Source: a virus
Length of the DNA: 23,708 bases
IMG/VR virus record: IMGVR_UViG_3300024581_002845
Reading direction: 5' to 3' (one strand)
A program made the translations under genes and the position numbers. Under the pieces are notes generated by a model, which had not been told where the DNA came from, did no database searches, and saw nothing but the letters and a program-made list of their open reading frames with translations. Of the stretch, positions 1 through 8,529 are shown piece by piece (the first letter of the stretch is position 1; the number at the start of each line of letters is the position of its first letter).

Positions 1-3000
1 ACCTTGTTCCGCATTGATGTAAACATATTCATTAGTCTGTCCTGTTGCGTATGCTGCAGACTCACCCGCATTTAATATGAGTTGTTGACCATTACCTCTT
101 ATGTCACCATTTATTGTAAGTGCTCCCGTAAATGTGTCTGTAGTATCTAATAGGTACCTACCATCAATGTCAACACTGAATGATGCTCTACCCACACCTG
201 AACCGGTGATAATACCGTTACCTGTATTGAATGTTGCACTTGTTATATAATCTACAGTATCTGTATTGACAACTGTTTCTGTTGCTGTGGTCAATCCTGT
301 TACGTGACCATAACCATCTAATAAGACATCCTGTATGTATGTTCTACCACTATTGTTAGAGGAAGCTTGTGAGGAAGTATCTGCATGAGATATTGTCACA
401 CTACTACTACCTGATTGGTTTGCAGTAAATGACCCACCACCTGACATACCTCCACCCGCGGAGATCGTCATAGTACCATTACCAATAGTCGGTTTGTTAG
501 TGAAGTTATTGTAGTCTAAGTAGTAAGACCCTTGTTGACCATCTAATGTGTCAGAGTCTAAACCTGATCCCGCACCATCATTTCCTTCGTGCCATATCTT
601 AACCCAATCATACCATGTTTCTGCGGTTGCGTTATGTGCTCTTCTGAAGTAGATATTATCTTGACTGTAAGGAATGGTGATTTGTGCCTGTCTTGTTCCA
701 CCACTTCTTGCGTGCCATAGTGCGTGCCATGCCAATCCGTCGGGTGAGTTCGCGTTTGCCTGTCCACCGTAGTCTAAGGTATAGATACCTGAAGTCCTTA
801 CATTATTAAAGTCAGAATTTGTACTTGTTTGATGTCCGTATTGTGCGTATCTACCATCAATATCGAGAGTTAATGAATTTAACCCTTGTCTACCAAGTGT
901 GATAATACCATTACTCGAGTTCCAACTAATTGCATTAAGGTAATAGTTAGTATCAGTGTTAACCACTGTTTCAGTACCTGTAGTGATACCGGTTACGTGT
1001 CCATTACTATCTGTGAGTATGTCTTGTATATATGTTCTACCACTGTTGTTTGACGATACTCCCGCAATTGTTGGGTGTGAGGTTAAATATCCACTATCAT
1101 TGGTGAACATTGATATATTACCTGATACATTCTGAAGGACCCTACTCGAGTTAAGGACAATAGTATCATTTAAGTAAATGTTACCATATATTCTTGTAGA
1201 CCCTGAGTTCTGTCCATAGTTTAGATAAAGTGTACCTCCCGTACCAATTACTAAGTGTGTACTATCACCTCTAAAGTAGTTATTGAAACCGTGACTACTA
1301 TTACTGTTTGAGATTGCGAGATTTAACCCTTCAAATGCAACATAACCACCCTGTCTAAATAAGTTAATGTATTGTCCACCATCAAATCCTGATCTGAACC
1401 ATTCAGTTCCTGCACCTGTGGAGTGTTGCATGAACCTAACATAACTTGTATTATTGTTGGAGTTAGTATCAACTCTGAATGTTAAATCATTATATGAGTT
1501 GATTGACATAGAGTCAACGTAGTTACCACTCGAATCCGTTGAGAAGATACCGTGATTATCACTATCCCAATTCGATCCACCACTTGTGAATGTAACTCTT
1601 TTAATTCTTCTGAATTCAGATCCCCACGTATTATTCGTTACAAAACCTGATTGTGAATTACCAAAGTAATTACCTCTACCAACAACATCAGATAGAGTTG
1701 AAGTTTCAGTGTAAGAAGTTAAGTATCTTCCGTCGATGTCAACTGTCCAAGAACCTCCATCATTTCTTGTACCGGTAATTATACCGTTACCCGTATTAAA
1801 GGTAGCCCCTGTTGTGTAGTAGTTAGTGTCGGTATTGACAACTGTTTCTGTTGCTGTGGTCAATCCTGTTACGTGACCGTTACTATCCGTAAGTACGTCT
1901 TGTATATATGTTCTACCACTGTTGTTTGATGAAGCACCCGGAATGGTTGGGTGGGTTGTTAGATACCCCACACTCGCATGATTACCCCAACCATACGCCG
2001 TATCCCAATTCGATTTGTTGTACCCCGATGCCGTAATTGTACCTGATATGGTAACATTACCCGAACTATCTGATCTAAGTAAAGTATATCCAATAGGGTT
2101 AGTTAAACTATCGGTTAATGCTCCCGTTTCTAAATCAGTTCTACCAATCCAAAAACCGTTGTCACCCACGGCAATAATACCATGACCACCACTACTATTT
2201 CCTGCAGATTTCAAATAGGTGTAATCACCTGTACTTGAGGTCCAACCATTATAAACAATATCATGTGTGGTATATGTCCAACCTGAACTGTACCTTCTTA
2301 GTAATTGACTCCCCGTTGATTGGAAATACGACGCCTGTAGGTATTGATTCGTTGAATTCCCTCTATCCGCGACACTATCTAAAGTATCTGTCTCCGTATA
2401 ACTTGTTAGATATCTACCATCTAAATCTACAGTCCAAGTTCCACCATCATTACGAGTTCCTGTGATTATACCATTACCCGTATTGAATGTCGCTCCTGTT
2501 GTATAGTAGTTGATATCCGTATCAACCGCAAAACCTGAAACATCTATTGAATTACCGTCCGATTTAGTTAGGGTTAGAGTTTGAGTTCCACTATTGTAAG
2601 TACCTCCCGTTACTGTGATTTCAGATAAGGTATCACTAATATCAAGGGTGTAGGTATCTCCATCATTCCTTGTGAATGTGATTACACCATTACCACTATT
2701 AAATGTTGCACCTGTTGTATACTCATCAGTATTAACTACCGTTTCGGTTGCTGTGGTAATTCCTGTCACATGTCCGTTAGAATCTGTTAAGATATCTTGG
2801 ACGTATGTTCTACCACTGTTGTTTGACGATACCCCCGCAATTGATGGGTGTGAGGTTAAATAATTTCTCGAAGAAACCCATGATTGTGTGGCTACTGTTG
2901 CCCCATTTATAGATAACGAAGCTCCCGTACCTGATAAGTTTAGAATGTTATCATTAGAATCATCTACAATTGCGAGTGTTATATCACCTGAAGATCCTTG

Positions 3001-6000
3001 TTTGAATACAATACCTTCACCCGGATCAGCAATCTCTAATTGATTAACCCCTGTGATATTGAAGTTGGTACCTGAAATACCGTTGGATAACGTTAGTCCG
3101 TTAATACCACCACTTGCGGTTAATCCACCACTAAATGTGACCGCAGTGCTCGTTGAGGAACCTCTTGACGTTACTGACGCTAAGGTATCTGTTTCACTAT
3201 ATGAAGTTAAGTACCTTCCATCAATGTCTACAGTAAACGTGTCACCATCATTTCTTGTGAATGTAATTACACCATTACCACTATTAAATGTTGCTCCTGT
3301 TGTATACTCATCATTCTTTACATATCCTTCTACACTGTGATCACCCCAACCATATGCGGTATTCCATTGTGAGGAGTTACCACCTGTTGCGGTTACTGAA
3401 CCTGTTACACTTATACCTGAAGATGTTGTTCTCATCTTCTCTCCCGTACCATTGGTTAATATTAAATCACCACCCGTAGAGTAGATTTTTGCATGATAAC
3501 TTTGGTTGTAGAAGAACAATTCGTAACTCGTGGTATCTGTACCTGACCATCTAATATTAAGGTCACCGTTCATGTTTAAACTTGATAGACTACCACCTGT
3601 AAGTTGTAAATACCTGTTGTCTAAATCAACATCATACGTATCACCATCATTCCTTGTAAATGTTAACACACCTGTTGACGTATTAAATGTCGCGCCTGTT
3701 GTGTATTCGTTATTGTAAGAGGTTAGATAACCCGCTTGTGAATGATCACCCCATCCGTATGCGGTGTTCCAATTCGAGTCATTATATCCCGATGCGGATA
3801 TGGTACCTGTAACATTTAAGTTACCACCATTACTAACATTGATAAGGTTACTACCAACGGAACCATCGTCGTTTAAGTTTCTTATGTATAAACCACCACC
3901 ACTAACTAAGATTTCTTTATTCTTATCTGTTGTGTCGGTTTCAATAAGTTTAATTTTAGGTTGTGCCGAAGACATCGAGATGTACTCACCGATGTTCAAT
4001 GATTGGTTGGTTGTGTTACCTCTATCGGCAACACTATCTAAGGTATCAGTTTCAGTATATGATGTTAAAAATCTACCATCGATATCAACACTAAATGTAT
4101 CCCCATCATTTCTTGTAAATGTGATAATACCATTACCAGCATTAAATGTTGCCCCTGTGGTGTATTCATCATTCTTTACATATCCTTCTACACTATGATC
4201 TCCCCATCCGTACGCCGTATTCCAATTACTTATGTTTGTATTGGTTATACCCGCAGATGGAGATGCCGAGAATATCGGATCAGTTTCTGTGTAACCCGTT
4301 AAATATCTTCCATCTAAATCAACCGTGACATCAGAAGTTCCTTTAATACCTAAAGTTAAAACACCATTTGAGTTGTTAAAGGTCGCCCCTGTAGCGTAAT
4401 AGTTAATGTCCGTATCAACGGCAAAACCACTAACACTTATTGTTGATCCATCGTTCTTAGTTAACTCTAATGTTTGTGTCCCACTGTTGTAGGTACCTCC
4501 CGTCACTGTAACATCACTTAGTGTGTCTAATAGTGTTACGTTGAAAGTATCTCCATCATTTCTTGTGAATGATAAGACCGCAGTACTATTATTCCACGAT
4601 GCACCTGTCACATACTCATCTGTGTTAACCACAGTTTCAGTCCCTGTCGTCAAACCTGTCACGTGACCATTTGAATCGAGAAGAACATCCTGTATATAAG
4701 TTCGACCACTATTGTTAGATGATGGTGCTGGTGTAATGTTTGGGTGTTCAGTTAAGTAAGAACCTGTCGCGGATTCTAATGATGTTAATCTACTATTTTG
4801 TGTGGTGTTTAATGTATTGTTAGATGATGTGTAACTATTAAAGGTACCTCTAATAGACCCACTCTCAACTTCTAACGAATCAATTCTACCATCTAACGTA
4901 GATATATCACCATCTAAAGAACCCGTCTTAGACTCAAGACTATTCAGTCTATTATTTTGTGTAGTATTTAATGTTTGTATTGATGATATGTCACTGTCGT
5001 TTGATGACGTGTATGTATTAAAATTACCTCTTAGGGTTGATACGTCACTATCGGTCGCATATGTACTATCAATACTCGCGGTAAATGATTCTACAGAATC
5101 TAATCTACCATCTAAACCACTAATGTCATTATCTAAAGAACCTGTTTTAGATTCGAGTGATTGTAATCTATTGTCTTGATCCGAATCAGCACTTTCTAAA
5201 CTACCTATTCTACTACCATGTGAACCACTCGTAGTTTCTAACGCATTTAACCTATTGGTTTGTGTATTGTTTAATGTATCGTTAGATGATGTATAGGTAT
5301 TTAAGTCGTTTCTAAGGTCTGTTACGTCTTCATCACTCGCATATGTATTATCAATACTACCTGTGAATGATTCTAAGGATGTTAACCTACTATTTTGTGT
5401 ATTATTAGTTGTATCTAAAGACCCCGTCTTAATTTCTATAGAATCTAAACGACCATCTAACCCACTTATATCGTTATCCAATGATGTTAGGTCAGTGTTT
5501 GTTAAAAGTCTTTCCTCATTTCCTTTAGTACCACCAATCCAATGATTATTACTACTATCCCATAATAAAGAACCCGATAGTACACCCGGTGACGTGGTAT
5601 CTCTTACTTCAATACCTCCATTAACGGCACCACTTCCATTTAAAGAGATTATGTTATCACTAACCTCAACGGTTGTCGAATCGACTCTTGTCTCAGTCCC
5701 TTTAACTAATAGGTCACCCTTAATTGTTACGTTGGATCCTGTAAATTCTAACCCACCATCGACTTTGGTCTCAAAGGTTTCAAGATTAGTTAATCTCGTG
5801 TTATGTGATCCACTTGTACTTTCTAATGAACTAATTCTATCGTCCTGAATAACAGTCGAATCATTATTAGATGATGTGTAGGTATTAAAGTCACCCCTTA
5901 AGGTTGATACATCACTATCGGTTGCGTATGTATCATCAATACTTGCAGTGAATGATTCTAAAGAACCCAATCTAAGGTTTTGAAGGGTATCTTCTCCCTC

Positions 6001-8298
6001 AAGTGAACCCGACTTAGTTTCTAAGGAGTCTAATCTACTATCGTGTGATCCTGAGGTTGACTCTAAAGAACCTAATCTAAGATTTTGGAGTGTGTCCTCC
6101 CCCTCAAGTGAACCTGACTTCAATTCTAATGAGTCTAATCTACCATCATGAGAACCTGAAACGGTTTCCAAAGAATTTAATCTTATGTTGTGTGATGTGA
6201 TATCATTTGATAAAGAACCCGTCTTGGTTTCAATACTACTTAACCTATTATTCTGTGTAGTATTTAAGGTTTGTATCGAATTTATATTAATATCGTTCGA
6301 TGAAGTATAAGTATTGAAATCTGTAGTAAGATTACCTAAGTCATTAGATACATTACCAATTGTTAAATCGTTAGAAGATGTATAGGAATTTAAATCATCT
6401 CTAAGATCTGAAACGTCTTGGTCACTCGCGTATGTTAGATCTAAACTTCCTGTGAAAGTTTCCAAGGAATCAATTCTACCATCTAAAGTACTGTATCCTG
6501 TGGTATCTGAGATAGTTATTTGTTCTGATCCACTTACTACCCCTTCGGTATTTAATTTTGTTTTTACCCTACCATCTGTGTAGTATAAATTGTTTGACCC
6601 TTCTGTGATTGAGTCAGTATCTCCCGCACCACCAACAAAAACTTTATTACCCATACCATTATGATTGGTACAGTAGTATTGTAATGTTTGTGGGGTATCT
6701 TGATTAACTATGATTTGAACGTACGCCCCTGAAGAACCTTCAGTACCATTGACAGTAACCCCATCAGTGTATTGTGTATCATCAGGTAACGAGAACCTAA
6801 ATGGGTGACCTGATAATGAAGAATCAGAGACATCAAATCTATATATTAACCCTTTTGCTAATGAAACAATTTGTTGTTGTACCCCATCAATATAATACAC
6901 ACCACCACTCTGTGTTACAGTGACATCAACATACTGAAGTATCGGTGTGGTACTATTTAATATGAATTCAGAACCTGATACTACATTTTCAGAATCTAAT
7001 TTAGATTTAATTGTGGTGTTTATACTACCACTAAACGTTTCAAGACTATCAATCCTACCGTCGTGAGAACCACTTGTGGTTTCTAAAGATGATAATCTAC
7101 TATTACTTGATGTGTAGTGGGATGCAAATGCTTGATCATTAGTGGTATCAACACTATTAATGAGTGAGACTATTTCAGCGAAAGAATTTTTGTCAGCTGA
7201 TGAACCTGCCAAAATGGCATCCACGTTAGATTTCAAATCCGCAATGTCTACACCATCCACAGTTCCTGACAGTACGATACTTCCTGTTACTATTAATCCA
7301 TTACCGAATTGTATTGAATTACCATCAGACGATAATATCTTATTACCGGCACCTATCTGAATTGGTGCATCTAATTCTATATTACCATTACCTGATGAAG
7401 TAAGGGTTATATCCCCATTTTCGGTCTGTAATGTAATGGTATCTGACCCTGTTTCTAATATTTTAATTGATTCACCCTCATCGGTGGTAACTCTAAGTTC
7501 GTTACCTGTTGTAGATAGGACCTGTTGTCCATTAATGTAAAGTGAACCTGAAGAAAGGAATAAATCCCTCCATTGTTTTGTTGGTGACCCTAAATCTCGA
7601 GTATCTGTTAAATCAGGTTCAAAATTGGCATTGAGTGTCATTTTACCGTTACCAATAGATGCGGTGACCGCACCATCGGCAATTTTGTTAAGACTTAACC
7701 CTTGAACCGCACTTGCAGGTACATTAGTTAATCTTGATCCGTCTCCAACAAAAGAACCCGTAAATGATCCTGATAACGCAGCCGCCTCATCTTTAGTATC
7801 ACCACTATCCATGAGTTTAAACTTACCATTATCAACTTTAAGTACTTTTTTAGAATTACCTGACCCAATTTCAATTTCAGACGCAACAATCTTCTTTAAG
7901 TTGTTGTTACCATCTTTAACCTCAACATCACCATCTGTATTTTTTGTGATCTTAGTACCACCTAAATTAATCGTGTTACCTGCTAAATAGATATCTCTCC
8001 ACCTTTGGGTGTCACTACCTAAATCATGGGTTAGGGTACCTTGGGGTAACAACGATCCACTAATTGTTTGGTCCCCAATGAAAGTATTACTACCGGTGAT
8101 CGCCACTGACCCTGTGTACGATTCAAAACTTGATGTTAATAAGTAGGATGCCGCGTGTGATGCACTAACAGCATCCTCCACTTGTCCTGTAATTTGTGCG
8201 GAACCATAAATTGTTCCCGATACGATTAAGTCCCCTTGAATATTTGCCGATGCTGATACGTTGAGGGACCCTGTAATGTGTGGATCAAATATTTTCAT
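1..8298 (-). CDS. Giant modular tail-fibre / virion structural protein, >2766 aa, 3' end beyond the left window edge (absent from supplied ORF track)
   Basis: ATG at 8298-8296 (MKIFDPHITGSLNVSAS...), preceded by an in-frame TAG. Manual codon scan found no in-frame stop down to position 1 (...AGESAAYATGQTNEYVYINAEQG). Contains motifs typical of phage fibres: EGSNNLYYTDGRV, WNTAYGWGDH, ETDPIF, SHADTSSQAS..NNSGRTYIQD, KIWHEGNDGAGSGLDSDTLDG, DLGSxxxxWRD. Confidence 0.88.
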   Translation of the reverse strand, partial: MKIFDPHITGSLNVSASANIQGDLIVSGTIYGSAQITGQVEDAVSASHAASYLLTSSFESYTGSVAITGSNTFIGDQTISGSLLPQGTLTHDLGSDTQRWRDIYLAGNTINLGGTKITKNTDGDVEVKDGNNNLKKIVASEIEIGSGNSKKVLKVDNGKFKLMDSGDTKDEAAALSGSFTGSFVGDGSRLTNVPASAVQGLSLNKIADGAVTASIGNGKMTLNANFEPDLTDTRDLGSPTKQWRDLFLSSGSLYINGQQVLSTTGNELRVTTDEGESIKILETGSDTITLQTENGDITLTSSGNGNIELDAPIQIGAGNKILSSDGNSIQFGNGLIVTGSIVLSGTVDGVDIADLKSNVDAILAGSSADKNSFAEIVSLINSVDTTNDQAFASHYTSSNSRLSSLETTSGSHDGRIDSLETFSGSINTTIKSKLDSENVVSGSEFILNSTTPILQYVDVTVTQSGGVYYIDGVQQQIVSLAKGLIYRFDVSDSSLSGHPFRFSLPDDTQYTDGVTVNGTEGSSGAYVQIIVNQDTPQTLQYYCTNHNGMGNKVFVGGAGDTDSITEGSNNLYYTDGRVKTKLNTEGVVSGSEQITISDTTGYSTLDGRIDSLETFTGSLDLTYASDQDVSDLRDDLNSYTSSNDLTIGNVSNDLGNLTTDFNTYTSSNDININSIQTLNTTQNNRLSSIETKTGSLSNDITSHNIRLNSLETVSGSHDGRLDSLELKSGSLEGEDTLQNLRLGSLESTSGSHDSRLDSLETKSGSLEGEDTLQNLRLGSLESFTASIDDTYATDSDVSTLRGDFNTYTSSNNDSTVIQDDRISSLESTSGSHNTRLTNLETFETKVDGGLEFTGSNVTIKGDLLVKGTETRVDSTTVEVSDNIISLNGSGAVNGGIEVRDTTSPGVLSGSLLWDSSNNHWIGGTKGNEERLLTNTDLTSLDNDISGLDGRLDSIEIKTGSLDTTNNTQNSRLTSLESFTGSIDNTYASDEDVTDLRNDLNTYTSSNDTLNNTQTNRLNALETTSGSHGSRIGSLESADSDQDNRLQSLESKTGSLDNDISGLDGRLDSVESFTASIDSTYATDSDVSTLRGNFNTYTSSNDSDISSIQTLNTTQNNRLNSLESKTGSLDGDISTLDGRIDSLEVESGSIRGTFNSYTSSNNTLNTTQNSRLTSLESATGSYLTEHPNITPAPSSNNSGRTYIQDVLLDSNGHVTGLTTGTETVVNTDEYVTGASWNNSTAVLSFTRNDGDTFNVTLLDTLSDVTVTGGTYNSGTQTLELTKNDGSTISVSGFAVDTDINYYATGATFNNSNGVLTLGIKGTSDVTVDLDGRYLTGYTETDPIFSASPSAGITNTNISNWNTAYGWGDHSVEGYVKNDEYTTGATFNAGNGIITFTRNDGDTFSVDIDGRFLTSYTETDTLDSVADRGNTTNQSLNIGEYISMSSAQPKIKLIETDTTDKNKEILVSGGGLYIRNLNDDGSVGSNLINVSNGGNLNVTGTISASGYNDSNWNTAYGWGDHSQAGYLTSYNNEYTTGATFNTSTGVLTFTRNDGDTYDVDLDNRYLQLTGGSLSSLNMNGDLNIRWSGTDTTSYELFFYNQSYHAKIYSTGGDLILTNGTGEKMRTTSSGISVTGSVTATGGNSSQWNTAYGWGDHSVEGYVKNDEYTTGATFNSGNGVITFTRNDGDTFTVDIDGRYLTSYSETDTLASVTSRGSSTSTAVTFSGGLTASGGINGLTLSNGISGTNFNITGVNQLEIADPGEGIVFKQGSSGDITLAIVDDSNDNILNLSGTGASLSINGATVATQSWVSSRNYLTSHPSIAGVSSNNSGRTYVQDILTDSNGHVTGITTATETVVNTDEYTTGATFNSGNGVITFTRNDGDTYTLDISDTLSEITVTGGTYNSGTQTLTLTKSDGNSIDVSGFAVDTDINYYTTGATFNTGNGIITGTRNDGGTWTVDLDGRYLTSYTETDTLDSVADRGNSTNQYLQASYFQSTGSQLLRRYSSGWTYTTHDIVYNGWTSSTGDYTYLKSAGNSSGGHGIIAVGDNGFWIGRTDLETGALTDSLTNPIGYTLLRSDSSGNVTISGTITASGYNKSNWDTAYGWGNHASVGYLTTHPTIPGASSNNSGRTYIQDVLTDSNGHVTGLTTATETVVNTDTNYYTTGATFNTGNGIITGTRNDGGSWTVDIDGRYLTSYTETSTLSDVVGRGNYFGNSQSGFVTNNTWGSEFRRIKRVTFTSGGSNWDSDNHGIFSTDSSGNYVDSMSINSYNDLTFRVDTNSNNNTSYVRFMQHSTGAGTEWFRSGFDGGQYINLFRQGGYVAFEGLNLAISNSNSSHGFNNYFRGDSTHLVIGTGGTLYLNYGQNSGSTRIYGNIYLNDTIVLNSSRVLQNVSGNISMFTNDSGYLTSHPTIAGVSSNNSGRTYIQDILTDSNGHVTGITTGTETVVNTDTNYYLNAISWNSSNGIITLGRQGLNSLTLDIDGRYAQYGHQTSTNSDFNNVRTSGIYTLDYGGQANANSPDGLAWHALWHARSGGTRQAQITIPYSQDNIYFRRAHNATAETWYDWVKIWHEGNDGAGSGLDSDTLDGQQGSYYLDYNNFTNKPTIGNGTMTISAGGGMSGGGSFTANQSGSSSVTISHADTSSQASSNNSGRTYIQDVLLDGYGHVTGLTTATETVVNTDTVDYITSATFNTGNGIITGSGVGRASFSVDIDGRYLLDTTDTFTGALTINGDIRGNGQQLILNAGESAAYATGQTNEYVYINAEQG
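256..4722 (-). repeat. Dispersed protein-coding repeat modules in the distal fibre
   Basis: SNNSGRTY[IV]QD[VI]LxDxxGHVTG[LI]TT[AG]TETVVNTD x5 (about 260-360, 955-1055, 1830-1930, 2725-2825, 4620-4720). W[ND]TAYGWG[DN]H x4 (about 1980, 3340, 3745, 4200). YxTGATFNxxxGxxTxTRNDGxxxxVDxDGRYL-type unit about x9 including degenerate copies. Confidence 0.9.
592..815 (-). other. Pyocin-knob-like domain within the fibre
   Basis: DFNNVRTSGIY...NANSP...W...QAQI...NIYFRR...WYDWVKIWH matches the D-x-N-x3-[ST]-G-x-Y ... N-x-P ... Q ... Y-x-R ... W-x-x-W pattern of knob domains in phage/pyocin fibres (motif recognition only). Confidence 0.65.
4760..7100 (-). repeat. Coiled-coil stalk with repeated R-[LI]-x-x-[LIV]-E-x-x-[ST]-[GA]-S units
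   Basis: About 20 copies by hand count (RLDSLE, RIDSLE, RLGSLE, RLTSLE, RLNALE...), mostly 14 or 21 residues apart. Includes a 35-aa tandem duplication (SGSHDxRLDSLExKSGSLEGEDTLQNLRLGSLES, about 5955-6160). Interrupted by globular inserts at about 5520-5760 and 6570-6960. Confidence 0.85.
6631..6930 (-). other. Cupredoxin-like domain inside the fibre with a candidate type-1 copper site
   Basis: VDVTVTQSGGVYYIDGVQQQIVSLAKGLIYRFDVSDSSLSGHPFRF...TPQTLQYYCTNHNGMGNKVFV. His at 6805-6807, Cys 6670-6672, His 6661-6663, Met 6652-6654 (C-x2-H-x2-M). Confidence 0.7.
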
Positions 8299-8325
8299 CT
8301 AATAAGTACTTTTTTCTTATTAGAT
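8297..8325 (-). promoter_or_regulatory. Perfect 10-bp hairpin overlapping the fibre start codon
   Basis: Plus strand atctaataag (8297-8306), 9-nt loop, cttattagat (8316-8325). In the mRNA the 3' arm ends in the AU of the AUG. Confidence 0.65.
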
Positions 8326-8331
8326 AAATAC
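8324..8331 (-). promoter_or_regulatory. Candidate phage late promoter element (GTATTTAT)
   Basis: Coding strand reads AAGTATTTATCTAATAAG about 26-33 nt upstream of the structural gene. Analogy to the single short T4 late element TATAAATA; single instance in AT-rich DNA. Confidence 0.4.
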
Positions 8332-8409
8332 TTTATAATTCAATAGTGAGTTAGTTTTTACTCGCATTTCTGATGGAAGTTTCTGAAATTTGTTATTGTT
8401 TAAGTATTT

Positions 8410-8529
8410 TTAATGATTATACGTGAAAGGATCACGTTTCTTTAATTCTTTCATTATTTCATCATACTTTTTATCCTCTTTAGTTTTTCTCCTAAAGATT
8501 CTTTTCAAAAAATTAATTAATCTCTTCAT
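8410..8529 (-). CDS. 39-aa basic small protein coupled to the carbamoyltransferase (below ORF-track cutoff)
   Basis: MKRLINFLKRIFRRKTKEDKKYDEIMKELKKRDPFTYNH*. Its ATG overlaps the carbamoyltransferase TGA (ATGA at 8529-8526); TAA at 8412-8410. Confidence 0.75.
   Translation of the reverse strand: MKRLINFLKRIFRRKTKEDKKYDEIMKELKKRDPFTYNH

Noticed and set aside
256-4722. CRISPR array or DGR template/variable repeat pair
   Set aside because: Repeats are in-frame coding, irregularly spaced and degenerate; mismatches are not evidently adenine-specific and no reverse transcriptase or cas gene is present.
558-7360. Short ORFs in the track over the fibre region (plus strand, and 558..767 minus)
   Set aside because: They overlap the long minus-strand frame; their repeats merely mirror the fibre repeats.
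1-8298. Bacteroidota O-glycosylation motif D-[ST]-[AILVMT] frequent in the fibre
   Set aside because: Expected from composition and the RxDSLE repeat; that host system acts on exported proteins and the fibre has no signal peptide.
8345-8392. Weak inverted repeats between the small ORF and the fibre as a terminator
   Set aside because: Stems are short or mismatched and lack a U-tract on the minus-strand transcript.
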